This document shows, piece by piece, positions 1-34,000 of a stretch of DNA of 45,092 nt (positions are counted from its first letter, which is position 1; every line of letters starts with the position of its first letter). This DNA is from Lenisia limosa. Taxonomy: Eukaryota > Protista > Breviatea. The translations under genes and the position numbers were made by a program. The notes beneath the pieces were generated by a model, which was not told the origin of the DNA, did no database searches, and saw only the letters and a program-made list of their open reading frames with translations. The stretch spans positions 1-45,092 of the forward strand of contig LPNZ01005283.1 of assembly GCA_001655205.1 (NCBI GenBank), written 5' to 3'.

Positions 1-2713
<2,713 letters not shown>

Positions 2714-2957
2714 TCTGGGATGTTCAAAATAAGGAAGTCGGACTTATTTGGTTCTCAGCTACTTAAATATTTACTTTCCAAACTAATTATAAACAAAGCG
2801 AAACAGCAAACAGAGATTGAGTTGGACGAGGGTTAAATGAATATTTTTTATGCCCAGCCCGGGGAAATACAACTCTGTGTTTGCTGGAGAAAAAATGCCT
2901 TTTTTTTAGTTAGTATCGTAGTAGTCACGTTCATAAGCTTAATTAAGGAGAGCAGTA

Positions 2958-20061
<17,104 letters not shown>

Positions 20062-20246
20062 TCTTCTCTCTTTCTTGCATTTATCTATTGTTTCCCAAAG
20101 CCAATCATGTTAGAAATAGCAGCGATATCGTTATTTACTCTTGGACTGTTATGACACAAAACGTTATACATAAAATCAGAAAAAAGGTGTTCAAAACACC
20201 ATCACAGGCACAATACTACCATAAAATACAATACCAACACAAGAGA

Positions 20247-23200
20247 TCACTTCGAAAAAGTCTTGTTATGGATGATTTCCCACACCAGGTCCAAAAGTTC
20301 AGTAGAAGAGTACTTGCGGGGGTAAAGGGGGAGATCCGTTATTGCTGTATCATGAGTCATGTATGTAATTGAGTGTCAATGAATAGAGTCTCAATGATAC
20401 TGCGAAAACTACCAAACACAATGATACTGCCATACTACACCAATGTCTCCATGATCAGCATACCTTGCTTGGCAGCGTCTTCGAGATGCTGAGAATCAAG
20501 ACCTGCAACAATCAGCCCTGGGTCAATCCCAATTAGATTATTGAGTCAATATTGTGAAACTTCAGAAATAATCTGATACAATGTATAATTTACATTTATT
20601 ATCAAATCAAATCTTCATGGACAGAAGCCTGCTACCCTCCACAGGGATATTAATCAGATTTCCCTTCGCCCACTGGTGTTGAAGGCTCGGCGGAACTGGT
20701 TGGGGAAAAGAGAAAAGGCTGGGGCATAGGCGAAGTGCTCAGAAAGGTGTATCACAAAACTATCGAAAAAGAAAGGATTCTGTATTGGTGAGTCCATGCT
20801 GCAGTTTTAGCGACCTCTCTACCCGTAAAAAACTGTTCAATTAAATAAAAATTGCATTCCCGAGAAGGAAAGCTCGAGAGAGCACGAAGACCCTCTGTTT
20901 CAGAGAAAGCGATTGGATGGATTTGGCTACTTTCTCTTTCCAATGTATCTTTCAATACCAATCAATTCAGAGAGCAAAGGATAGAGATCAGGAAATTGTT
21001 TGAGATCACCCAAAAAAAGAAAAATGAGAACACTTCTTTTTTGTTTTTTTTTCAAAACAAAACAAACTTGTACATTCGAACCCAATGTTCGATGCACATC
21101 TCGCTTTAAATATGATCATAATCCGAGTATTCAAAACCACAAGCACATTTTATTTGAACCTGGGGATCCATATAATAATGTAAATAAAAACCAAATATCA
21201 TATTCCCATTGACCAGCACTAATATATTTCTCAGAATCAGAAGAGTGGTTTGAATTATTGCGGATAGTTTTTGTGTTTCCCTCATACATCCCAAAATGCT
21301 GGAATTTCTACATGGTACGCCTCTTCCACAGGAAATCCCGCAAGATGGCCAAATGTCGAAAGAATTGTATCTTCAGGCTCCAGAGGGGGGTGGCCAAGGA
21401 AAGACTCAGCTAATGTCCCCGCACTAAACGCATTAACAGTCAAGGCCGTATTTCAAGTTGAGAGTCTTACAATTTTCTGACTGTTTGGGGCAGTTCACCA
21501 CTGAGCTCCAGAGCGCAGTTTCGCAATTGGAGGCGAATTAGCTGAGTGATGAGACGACCAAAGAGACTTGGCACTAACCGGAATCATGGCCCTCATTCGC
21601 GGCTTGGAAAAGCCGACAAAAGCTCCTCGGCTGGTGGGAGGGTCTAAGGAGGAATGGTCAAGAACAGTGTCTATTCCTTTGGTCCCAAGTTAAAGAGAAT
21701 AGAGAACCCACAAACAGCGCTGGAAGGGATACTCCGCAAAGGTAACACCGTATTTTGACACCTCTACAGGTCTTCTGTCAACACCATACTCCCTATCCAA
21801 ATAAGATTAAGGGTACCGAGGGTTACAAAGACCAATTCCCAGCAAACACATTGGGGTTGCCAAGAACACTGTGTTTAGAGAAATCCATTGATCCCGTTTT
21901 GATGAGGTGAAGAAGTGAGGGCAAATCTACCATCACATCAGAGTCAATCTAAAATTCTTAGTTGAAAAATGATGAAAATATCTTCACTTGTGAATTGTAG
22001 CAGCACATACCTTCATAAACACGTCGGCATGTGGAAACTCTTCGAAAATGGTGTTATACACAAAAGAAGCCTTAAAATATCAACTACAAGGCGATTGCTC
22101 CAAGTATGACAGTCACATTCTACGACGAACCTTATAAACCAAATGCTTGTTAGACTCTTTGAGGGGAACTATTGTGACGTCTCCATGAGTTTCGATCTCA
22201 GCCTCAATCAGTCCCTTCAACTCCCTGCATTTGGCTGTGGAGCTTGCTACTTCATTAGCTCATCTTCATTGATCCCACCTTGAAGACACTCAGGAAAATA
22301 GCCGACAACAAACACGTACTCATAGCACCCGCTAAAAGGTGAAATTTCTTTTCTAAATGTATTCACCACAGAAAGCTTGTAATACACAAGGCAAATTGTT
22401 GCAGTAAGCCAACTCTTTTGAGGTTTGGGAAAAGGCGGTATCCCTCATCAATTGTCGCTGAACAAAGTTGCCCGGGAGGGACGGAACTCCTACATAGAAC
22501 GTTACCGCTTTTTCATCTGAGTCGGATGCGTACCAATCGCAAGGCTGCACGTCTCATTACACATCTTGAGGTCGTCGCTGTAGTTTTGCCATGGACTCGG
22601 GCCTTCTAATAACAATAAAACGGACAAAAGAGAACATACTTGAGCTTAATATTTTGTTCCGAATGTCTTCATAATTAAAGGCAGGTCTTGTGTCTCTACG
22701 CTCGGTGTCATTGACATCCCATGTTATCCAAGTGCTATTTAGATCACACGGTAGGAACCTAAAAGTTGTAAGGCAAAAACATGATAGTGTAACAATTCAG
22801 CTAGTTTTACATACCACTTGTTCCCACCTTGACTCTGGTTGCACTCTATGGTACGGTTGCATAATGTTAGGCATTGAAGGTACTCCATGACTCTGCTTTT
22901 CTCCATCCGGACTAAAGCGATACGCTGGTGGTTATCAATCTTCAAGCCCAAAAATCGACCAGTCTTCAAATTGGTAGGACAAAACTCTTCACGCGACCTA
23001 CTTGAATACAACTCATAAAGCTTCTGATGAAGGTCGACAATGGGACATGACGCTGCTGACACTGCAAGACATTCAGCATTGTAGACCACGGTAAACAACG
23101 AAACGAATAAGAGGTTGTTCCCACCGGCTTTGTTGACGTCCGAGTATTGCACCGGGCTCTTCAGAAGAGAAGGCACGGATAACATGTGTAAATGGCACAT

Positions 23201-25178
23201 GTAGACCTAGACAAGATGAGCAAGAAACCCAAAACAAAGTGTGAGTAGTTACAGTCCACCCCTTACATGGTAAATACAGCCTTCGGGTGCGTGAAGAAGA
23301 GTGGTGGCTCGAATAGGCTGAAAAAGTGGGGCAAAGGATTTATTTAAATAGATCAATGAATACTTGAAGATATTATTATGGAATATTATTAAATGTAAAA
23401 GAGATAATTCAAAACTATGCCTTCGGATCCGCTTCATACCACATTACTGGATACACTCATAGCCTGGACAAAGGGGAAGTCAAAGAGGCTTGTCATGTTC
23501 ATTGGGAAAGGGCTAAATGATAAATAAGATAACATCCCGCTAACATCCCAACCTTACCTGCTATCTTCTCTTGTATCAATTAACTTCCCCTTTTCCTGAA
23601 ACAATCAAAATGTTGTCCCGAACTGGATATACCTTCAAAGTGCATGGTGATGAATACCCCCACCTTTTTTATTTCAAGAGCCGCCTGCATGGTCAGGAAC
23701 ACACCAACAATACGTTCGTCGTAGCATCCTTTGGTCCTGAATGGTAACTATTTTGGGCATTGTATTGGAGAGGAAAGAGAAGGGGTTTAAAACCAGAAAA
23801 CAAAATGAAAGGAAGCTTCTGTCATATTTACCAGTCAATTATGATGATAATATGGTGTTAGAAGGTATAATGGATAAAATGACCCACCATGGGGTAATGA
23901 TGTAACTATCAGGGTTTGTCTCCGAAAGTTTCATTACCGATGGCATGTTTATCCATTGCTCGGATACAGTCTATATGTGTTAATAAAATTTCCTAAGATG
24001 AATTATAAATGCTTGTCCTACAATTAAGAGCTGCTTCACTCCATTAAATGTCATAGCCACACCAAGTGCCTTGTAGTACTAAAATAGATCAGAATAAATA
24101 TCTCATACCATTTCAGGCTTCGTCAATTCATTGTTCGACCTAATCAAAACAACATCGTTGTGGATGTTCATTTCGAGACGAAGAGCTTCATCTACCAAGG
24201 TGAGCCAAGGATTGAAGGGAACGTACCGACAAAGGTCTCATTAGCTTGGATGAGGAAGCGAAATTGGAAACACGACCCTTGGTCCCTGACATTCAGGAAG
24301 GTGCCTCTTGCTGCCATACGCCAATGCATGTCCTCCAAAGTGCTCACTAGTCCTAATAAATTAAATTATATTCCAAAAAAAAAATGAACGGAATTAAATT
24401 GACAAACCAATGAACACAGGGCAAGTCTCCTTTTCTATTTTGAGGTTGTGACTAGCAAGTCTTGAGAAGTCTAAGTACAGTAACATAATTAGAACTTCAC
24501 TTCGATTCCAAAAAAACTGAATTTCTCGAAAATTTCTCGAAAATTTTCGATATTTTACCAGTATTATTCGAACTGAAGTGAAGCCCTAAACATAATATAT
24601 GAATGATAAGAATAAATCTGAAACAGAAAAGACAAAAGGATTGACTCTATTACTTCTTAAAAAAACCAAAATGTAATGCTCTTTTGAAAAAAAAACCAAT
24701 CACACCATAAGTTGGATGAATCTTCATGAACTCCATCGCCTCAACGTTATCGGCAAACACTGGAATATAGGGCCTGTCCCACATAAAGACGGGGTTAGTA
24801 CGCGAGAAAATCTGAGTCGTTACACCGATCTAAATGCAATTCTCACGCCATACCTGGAATTTGTCGAGATAGGGCACATCCTCGGGGTCGAAGGCCACGG
24901 TCGCGGCAGGCACGGCTGGCTTGGAGGGGTTCACCGCGTCCATAACTGGATAGCCACAAAGGGCCTTGTTCGCGTCTTTGAAGGGAATTTCTCGCTCAGT
25001 CGGCATCTCCAGAGGCAGGGCACCCGTTTTGTTGTAGAAGAATATGGGTATCTGTTGAGGTGATTCTTAGACTCAATGTTAACAGAATGATACAAGTAAA
25101 AGGAAAGGAGCAAACCTGGATGACTGCCAGCATGACAAAAAGGAAGAACCCCAGTTTGACATTGTGACTTATCGCCAT
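20247..25178 (-). CDS. Type II membrane glycosyltransferase with two GT31 (beta-1,3-galactosyltransferase-like) domains
   Basis: N-terminal TM segment MAISHNVKLGFFLFVMLAVIQ; domain 1 RMAARGTF...FRFLI...DEALRLEMNIHND; domain 2 LIEAEIETHGDVTIVPLKESNKHLVYK...FMK-IDSD...EPEDTILSTFGHLAG; ends WEIIHNKTFSK*. Confidence 0.7.
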
Positions 25179-25693
25179 TAGTATTTAGTTGGCTAGGTTT
25201 GGGTAATCTGAAATATCAGGTTAATTCTCAGATTATCAGCTTATCCTGAGATTTCATGTCAAATGAAAGGGGGAATTATTGAAAGGGGGAAAGACAGATT
25301 AGGGGTAAGATTCTTTTCAAAAAGCTGCATTCACCAACCCCTAAATCATATAAAATCACAAAAACAAACATACTGCAACACAGCAGGCAGGGCAGCGAGA
25401 TGAGACTGTCCCAACACTTTGGTTTTTGTTGTTGCACCACACGATAATTAATAAATAATCAATCTCTCTCAGATCTCTCTCTAAATCCAGGCTAAATCCA
25501 TTGCAAGCACAAGCTGTAAAATTTGTTTGGAGTCGGTTGAAGGAACCCCCAGGTCTCCCCAGAAACCCGAGCCCCCCTCCCTACCCTGGGTGCGGACCCC
25601 GATCCGGAATCCCCAATTCCTTCTCTCTGTGTTCAATATTCTGTTTTGATCAAACTGGTTAGACCTGACCTAGTGTTAGCGTTAAGCAAAACC

Positions 25694-27862
25694 ATGGGAC
25701 TTGCCGACCTTCTTGCAAAGCGTCCCTCACCCCAGGAGGTTTGGCTTGTTCGCCGCATTGATTGATTAGATCAATAGTGTTGGAAGCACTGGCATATACA
25801 TTAAACTCATTCCCATTTTATAATAGGGCATACTATTACAGGTGGTGATATCCCACATTGTTCAAATATCACCACTTAGGTGGAGGCAAAGGGAATCCGT
25901 AAAACCAAACGAGTAGTTTTTGATAAATATGCACCGAAGGTTGGCTCTTCAGTAGGTCAATGGATTATTCATGTATTTTTGTGTGAACAAGTCGGTGTAT
26001 TATGTTATTGTATCCCTGGACTGTGACAGGACTAAAATCATGTTGCTATAAAGCACAGATGACAATTCAGGATAAGGACTTCATCACACCTGCGTTTGCC
26101 GCAAAAGGTGGCTATGCTAACGATTATCTCTATGCAGGTATGTAGGAAGGGTAAAATGTTGGTACGGAGGGGAATGCAGCTTAATAACACATTATGAACC
26201 TTGCTTCACATTTTGCTACTTAGGCTAGGACTAGGATCCTCTTGTCTATTTGATGGTAATACAACTTTTCAGACAAGCTAGCATCTCTGGACGTCAACAC
26301 GATTGACCGAGCCCGAGGAGCCTTGTTTGGCTGCGCAATTGGAGATGCCGTCGGCACCACGGTGAGTGGCATTGACTACGTAGCTCACGATACCAATGTT
26401 GTTGTTTGTCGCTAACAAAACCCAGGTTGAGTTCCAGCCGCCGGGCTCCTTTGAGCCCGTGACGGACATGATCGGACAGGGGCCTTTCGACCTTCCCGCC
26501 GGATGTTGGACTGGTATGGGGTAATCTGGGGCAATCAAACAGTAATTAAATACATAATCTTCGTTCGTTGCTCTGGGATTAAGTCGTTTTCTTTATTTAA
26601 AACCAGGTTAGTTATGTTTACCTCATAGACGACACCTCCATGGCCATGTGCAATGCATTGAGCTTTGTGACCAAAGGCAAATGGGATCCCACTGACTGCC
26701 AAGAGAACTTCTGCAAATGGTTCCATAAAGGGTAGGCTAATGAGATCGAAATTTAATTGATTCAGGGTATGATATTTCTGCTCTCTGGTATCTTTATTCT
26801 CGCAGTCTGATGTCGCCCTTGGGATACTGCTTTGATATTGGTTCCACTGTTCGTGGAGCCCTGGCAAGCTACTCTGTGGGAAGGTGGTACTCTGAAGGGG
26901 TGGGGGCTGTCCTTATGGTCTTAATACGATTTGACATTCAGGGAAACCGCAATAAGGGCCCTTTTACTGGCGGGAAGGGAGAGAGGGCAGCAGGCAACGG
27001 CTCACTGATGCGTATTGTCCCCGTTTCCATTTTCGCTCATAGTGGTCAGCTTTTGCAAACTACTTAATCACCTTCTATCAGAAACGATAATTACTGTTTA
27101 TTGACATAGATCTGACTGAAGCCTTGAATGTGGCCTCGGAATCGTCACGCCTCACTCATGCAAATGTTGACTGCGTTGCGAGTTGTGTGCTGTACACCTC
27201 AATGACATGGATGGCAATCAACGGCTTCTCAAAGGTCTGTCCCATGACGTCATTATATGTATGGTCTGAATAACCCTGTAGCAAGATATTTTGAGTCTCG
27301 ACACCCAACCCAAAGAAACCCACGATTACCTAAAGAACAACCCCCTACCTCCCAACATTCAGGCTATTGCTGATGGCAACTACAAGGAACTCGAGCCTCC
27401 TGCGATCAAGGTATCGTTCATTCTGTTTTGATCAAAGCCCACCAATAAATTTTTTATTATTATTATTCGCCCATGAAAGTCGAGTTCATCTCCTCCAGGG
27501 CACGGGGCATGTTGTGAGAGCGTTGGAAGCTGCGCTGTGGGCATTCAACAAGACAGACAACTTCAAAGACGGCTGTCTTCTTGTGAGTTGAAATGGCTAT
27601 TAACAAGTCACATCAAATGTTGTTCTAACCGGCAGGCTGTCAACCTTGGTAATGATGCTGACACCACCGCCGCTATCTATGGCCAGGTTGCTCGGGGTTT
27701 CGATCTAATACAAGCCTTTTGATTGTTCTATTTGACTCTGACCTTCAGCTTGCGGGTGCTTTCTACGGTCTTTCACTCCTCCCGGAAGACTGGAAACACC
27801 GCGTGGTCTGGCCCAATGCCCTCCTACAAATGGCTGATGGCACTCTCACTGCCAAGCTCTGA
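25694..27862 (+). CDS. ADP-ribosylglycohydrolase (DraG/ARH family) with an uncharacterised N-terminal extension
   Basis: [108 protein letters not shown]; TGA 27860-27862. Core 26262-27862 is secure; the start is uncertain. Confidence 0.92.
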
Positions 27863-28083
27863 GCATCGTAACTGTTTTGATATTATTATTTATCTCTGTG
27901 TATCTCACAGCCCATATGACTAGTGTACAATGCATTAGAGAAAAAAGAAAGAGACACCCACTCGGGTAAGACAGACCATAAAACATAATAAAGAGTTGAA
28001 CTATAGATAAGCCACTTTCGATGACTCTAAACAGTTAAACACAAACGAATGCCAAGAATTGAAACACATGACATGATATTAGC

Positions 28084-31000
28084 TCAACTTTTAGAAGGAA
28101 CAAGTGCCACTGCATCAATCAAGGTTGAAATTTCACGAGCAAACGTGGCTTTAAACTGAGTCGCTGCCGTATTGTATCTAGGCGCATCAAGCAAGGCTGA
28201 AAAGAAGCACTCAGTACTCTAAAACGGGGCTTTTGCCCACCTATAAAAGGCTTCCACACGTTCGGCAGTGAAGGACTGCGGGCCACTACCCATCAACCTC
28301 GTTGCCTGTCAATTAAGTAAAAAGCAAACTCAATTGAGCAAAGAAGGTCAAAAGCCCACCACGTTGGTCTGGGCATCAAAGGAGTAGAGGCTATGGAACC
28401 TGATGGATTTTGATGACTTCATGAGAACAAGCAGATGACCGCTTCTCTCATTGTCCTGACAGTCCCGTTCAAAGGAATCAACAACCTGCTTTGTCACGGT
28501 TGGCGGTTCCACTATTCCTAATACCCCCCCAATAAGCATACAGCCATAACGTTGTCCCGCTCTGTTTGATTGACTGCTCCTGCCAACAGGACGTGTGTCA
28601 AGGCCCTTCGAATGACTGCACTGTTTGTTCGGATCTTATTGGAACGGCCTGCGGAGTGAGTGCCCCAAGGAACAACCACCAAACTACCTCTGGGTTTGGT
28701 GGAGACAATCGTCTCGTTATTAGGCGTTTCCACTCGGGAGGCAGCCTGAAGGTAAGTGGCTGATCATAAATATCAAACACGACGATTTCTTTCCCTTTGA
28801 GGATGGCCAACTCACTTGGGCTCGTCGCCGCTCATCTGAAAGGTGCTTCCTGAAAGTGTGAGAGGACTTGTAAAACATAATAATAATAAAAACCATGCTA
28901 TGAAAAGTTGCGCACCTTCGAGCTGCCTGGCGCTTCTGTTCCGCTTGCTCCTTCCGTCTCTCTTCCTCCTTTGCCTTCTTCCGTTGCTGTGTTGTCAACC
29001 CAACCCATTATTAGCCCCCCACCCCCCATTCCACACACCATTGCCGCCAGAAGTTTTTCTCTTTTGTCCGCCAGCTCTGATGTATCTGATGATGCCGGAC
29101 TTAGGTCCACGTCCCACTACGAGGTCAGCAAGAAACAAACTTAGGTGGACGGGGTAAATGACCTCGTTGGTAAATTTTTACCATAAATCTAGTCATTGTA
29201 CTTTCACTCATTTACCTGTTTCATTACGATTGTTTCCTCTTTGGGTTGCGAAGCAGTACCTAATGGAAATGAGAACATCAATACTAGAATATCACAATCC
29301 CCTAAAATGACAACATCCCTATATAGAATATATACATAGCTTTCATACTTTCACGAGGAGATGAGATAATTTCAACTGCATGAGGCGGGGCAAGACCCCC
29401 TGAAGTGCTCGGGACCAATGTGGATTCAGGAAATGCCGTTCTGAGAGTAATACATGATGAAAGAGGCGTTCTGAGAACACGTGATAAAATAGGCGTTCTA
29501 AGAGTAATATGATGAAAGACGGGTTCCTCTATGTTTAGAGAGAATACTAAATCTGACTATCTCTTCGGCTAGATTGGTCAGGGGTCAAAGCCTACGGTGA
29601 CTGTGCTAGTTCTTGATGGGGGGAACAGGCAGGACCATGCTAAAGAGATGAGAGCAGCCAATCAGTATCAAAACAGAATAGCTGAATCAGAAATGATAAA
29701 AATACAACCAATCAATAGGAAAACTTAAAAACATTCGTACATGGAAACCCATTGGGGAGTGCTGTGGAGATACAGTGAGTGGAAGGACCTGACTATGCTC
29801 GTGCGTCTGTGAGGTGAGGTGAAGCTGGGGTAGGCGTGGGAGTTACCATATGGGCTTGGTTGATCTGTGATGCGTGTGGATACTGCAAGGGGCTGACTGG
29901 CTGGGAGGCAGGGCTATATGACGCTTGCTTCGACTGTTGTTGTGTGTTCAGAAAGGCAATCCAATCGCCGGGGCTCACGTAGGCAGGTGGTGGTGCTGCG
30001 AGGGTAAGACTGGCTATTATCATCACCTTGAAGAGCAGAATGAGATTCAACACCAAAGCATCATACTACTTTTGACTCACGATAATAATTCAGATGGGTT
30101 GATTGGGGGACGCCTGGGGGAAGAAGGCTGGCAGTTTGAGCAGGTAGGAGCGGCTGGATCACTGGGTATTCCACCGCAGCAGGAACCTTCGCTGTTATTG
30201 GAAAGAGCATGACACCAGTCTAGTAACCAGAGATACCCCAATACCACGTGTCCATTCGCAGCTCTCGTTTCAATGATTGTCGCCTGTACATGTAAGTTAA
30301 ACCAGTCAGGGAGGGGCCATTAAACCAGCCAGGGAGGGGGCCATACATTCATTTCTGCAATTTTCTGTTCGACATCTGTAAGTTCTTTCTGCTTTTGGGA
30401 GAGTCTGAAAGGTCAGAATATCTCTCCGAGGCCCACTTGTCAACAAGGACTTGCTCCCTAGCCATTCTCTTAAGATCCTCTTGACGGCGCTTCTGAACCT
30501 CGTTTTCAGCCCGCTCTGCTGCCTCCTGCACTGTAAGATGCCTCCTTCATGGTGCCCAGCCCAGCATCGATGTATACGTAGAAATGATAGGTGGGGTGAT
30601 GAGAAAAATGATCATGCTACCAAGCGCACCCAAGCTATTAAGTTAACCAAGCGCACCCAAGCTATTAAGGACTCTTGATCCGCGTTCTGTCGTTGTCTTT
30701 TCTCTTCCGCTAGTCGGAGCTCCAACAGTTCAAATCTGACATTGGCTTAGTCGAATAAAGACAAAAGCTGGTCACGATTGCGCTCATTATCTACATACAC
30801 ATGTAAATTATGTATGTTCCCACCTTTTCTCAAGCTGCTCAAACGCATTTGTTGGAGACACTACCTCCGATATTTTCTAGACCATCAACACACAAATGAG
30901 ATGCTGTCACATAAGAAGGAATGGAAATAGACCAGTATTTCTGAAAGCACCCTCAAAAAAGGAAGGTATTGAAAAGACATTGAAGACAGCCTGAATGCAA

Positions 31001-34000
31001 TCAATCACTTTACCGCATACAGTCTGCAGACGCTGCAGCTCGTCCCGCATTTGACTCTGTTCGGCAGCTCGATTAGCCCGCTCCTCCTGGATTTCCCTCT
31101 CCAAACGCTCCTCAGTGGCAGTACGCCGACGCCTCCCTCCACCTGCTCTGTTAACCAGCCACTCCAAGTGCCCCAATAAAATGATGATCAATATCGGACA
31201 GGAAGCTTCAGTGATGATATTTTTACTTCAGAAAAAAAAAAGCCCAAAACTGCCTCAATGGGCAATACAAGCTTACCAGTTGAGGGAACCTCAAGGTTTG
31301 AACTATCATTATGAGGAGGCAAGTTCCCTGTAGGGTAAGACTGAAAGCTTTTAGTAAACAACCTTGCAACGCCAGTCGTGGAGGTGTAGTTGAGCGCTTT
31401 TGTTCAGGGGATTCCTTACCTAGACAGCAGGTAAGCGAGTCGCTTACAAGGATTACCTTTTGTCCTCTTCTTCGTCTTGGTAGAAGTGTTCAGTTGAGGT
31501 ACACTAAGCTGATGGGTCAACTTCTTTGCCGGCTGCCGTAATGAGAAACTCAATCAAGGATTTCTCAATAAACCCTTTCATAAAAGTGACCATAGTAAAG
31601 AGCCTAGACCACGGTGGTTCCAGAAAGAGCTTAAAGAAACCACTCTCCACAGGCTCACCTCCTCGGATTCATCCTGCGACGTTTGTGATCTTCTCAGACC
31701 TTTGGAAGGGGCAGGCGTCACTGATGATGGCAAGGGCTTCAGGGGAGATGGTTCAGCGGATTTTTGAGGGGACTTGGGAGGGGACTTGCGAGGGGACTTG
31801 CGAGGGGACGGTGTATCAAGTTTATTGAAGGTGGTAGGTTCCTCAGCTCGAGGACTTTCAAATGAACTACAGGACTTATCGGGCTTATCGGGAGCTTCAG
31901 AAAGTGACTCATCAAAAACAGTGGAGGGAGTAGTCTCCGGTGGAATGCGCAGGGATTGCGAGGACGCTGTGGGAAGGTTTGGAGGGGACGTAGGTTCAAT
32001 GGGAGGCATGGTAGTTGTGACAGTATCAACAGAGTCTTCATCGATGATGGGCGAAAGGGCTGGAGCCTCGCTACATTTGGGTGACGGAATATGGGCTGGG
32101 GAGCTAGCAGATGTGGTCAAAGGTACCCGGGTGCTGATGTCGAGGGGCGACTGTGGTCGGCTTGACCGCTCAGAATCACCAAAAGCCTCGGATGGCGATG
32201 GAGAATAATCCTGACTGATATCAGAATTTGGTGTCTGAGGGCCTTTGTCAAATCTTTTAGAGTCATCATTCTCAGAAGGAGGCGGATAAGCAATTATCGG
32301 GACCTTGTCATCAACTTCACCATCCGACACGTCATATGCAATGTTGGTCATAGTGGTGAGACTGGATGATGAGTTTTCCGGCCCGTGGCACTGGAAATCC
32401 CTGAGTTCCGCCGATCGCGATGGCGTTGCTGGGGAAGCATCCGAGGAAAGCGAACTGAACATGTCGTCAGGAGGGGGGCGGGAGAGAATCAATGGAATTG
32501 ACGACTTTGCCGGGTGTTGTGCGTGGGCAGTGCTATCTAGCCGACGGATAAACAGATCCTCAGCGGGACTCGGTGAACGGTCTTCTGGAATGTGGCTGTA
32601 AAAGTCTTGACTGTCATTGGCGGGGTTGTTAGAGCTAGCACCACTTTGAACCAGGGAGTTTTCTGGTTCAGAGTCAGCTTGTTGGTCTGAGAAAGAGTGA
32701 TTGCTTTGATTAGTCAGAGACTTGTCAGATTCGGTCTCAACTGATACTAAGTCGTCCGGTTCTTCCACGGCAGCCACGTCACCATTTAGCCCGACAACAG
32801 CGTCATCCACAATAACGGACTCATCAGCAACCGCATCAGATGCACTGAAATGGTCAGTATGAGCAGCTCAAACAGGCAGTATTGCCCACCGTTGTGACAC
32901 TGGTAGCTCATCCAGACACTTGACAGTAATTGACTCATCCACAACCGGTGACGCTGTACCTATTTCGTCGGGGGGAATGGTTGGATAAATAAAAGCAATG
33001 GCAGTAACAGGAACAGGAGAAAGTCACGTAATAGCCAACTGTGGTAATCAGGAGACGGTGAGCTTGGCGTGGTCTCAGCAGCCACTGGCAGCATTTTAGT
33101 TATGAAGCTAGCCTCCACGTCAAACGAAGAATCATACCTATTGGGCAAATCAGAAAGAGAAATTTATTCCAATAAGATCGGTGGGATTATTTCATACTAC
33201 GCCATGTTCTTAGCATTACTGTTTTGAGACAGTCACCGGGTCCTATTCGTCATCTCATTCATAAGCCCCACAAACGCCAGATGAGCAGACGTACTTTTCG
33301 GCTTAGCACCGATTGGATGAGGGTGCCGAGACTTCTAAAGGAATTAGCTGCTATGCTGCTACTACAAGTTTGCACTACTTCCAACTGAGTGTCAAAATTT
33401 CCAAGAAAAAAAAATTATACAACCGTCCGAACCTCAGCAGGCTTGGTGAGTGAAGGAGCTGGCTTGAACCGATCATTCCAAGGGTGAAGCTCTAGGGGTA
33501 AAAGGATTGGCTGCGTTTCAAATATTGACCGTAATTTGAAATATTCATGATCAACAAAGTACCTTTCGCAGCAACAAGCGGTGTTGGGGACATGACTTGG
33601 GGTGGCGGGGCTGCTGAGGTTATCTCTAATATAAACAATATCTGAATATGTCTGGATGACCACTTGCTATACAATGCTTCACTCCCCATACAAGATGAAG
33701 GGCTAGGTTGAAGTGGACTTTGAGTTTGAGGAGCCGTTTCAATCACATCAACCTGGGACTTTTATAGGTGGAGGTATAGATCTGCGAAATCGGATTTCGG
33801 CTCAATTAACCTCCGACCAGTTCTGTGAGCTTCACCAACCTCAGGAGGAATTGGTGTGGTCCATGCATTTGACCTGTCAACAAGGTCATTCTCGGCTACC
33901 TTCTCCAAATGTTTCAGTCTAACAAGTTATTTAGGTGGAGGAAATGGATAATGACCGTGTTCGTCCTACCTTTCACAGTCTTCACGATGTTTGTTCAGAC

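Noticed and set aside
23400-25178. ABCA transporter N-terminus
   Set aside because: No ABC motifs; downstream exons carry GT31 signatures.
31774-32601. Plus-strand ORFs antisense to the CAMSAP large exon
   Set aside because: Shadow frames of a Ser/Pro-rich exon with no independent features.
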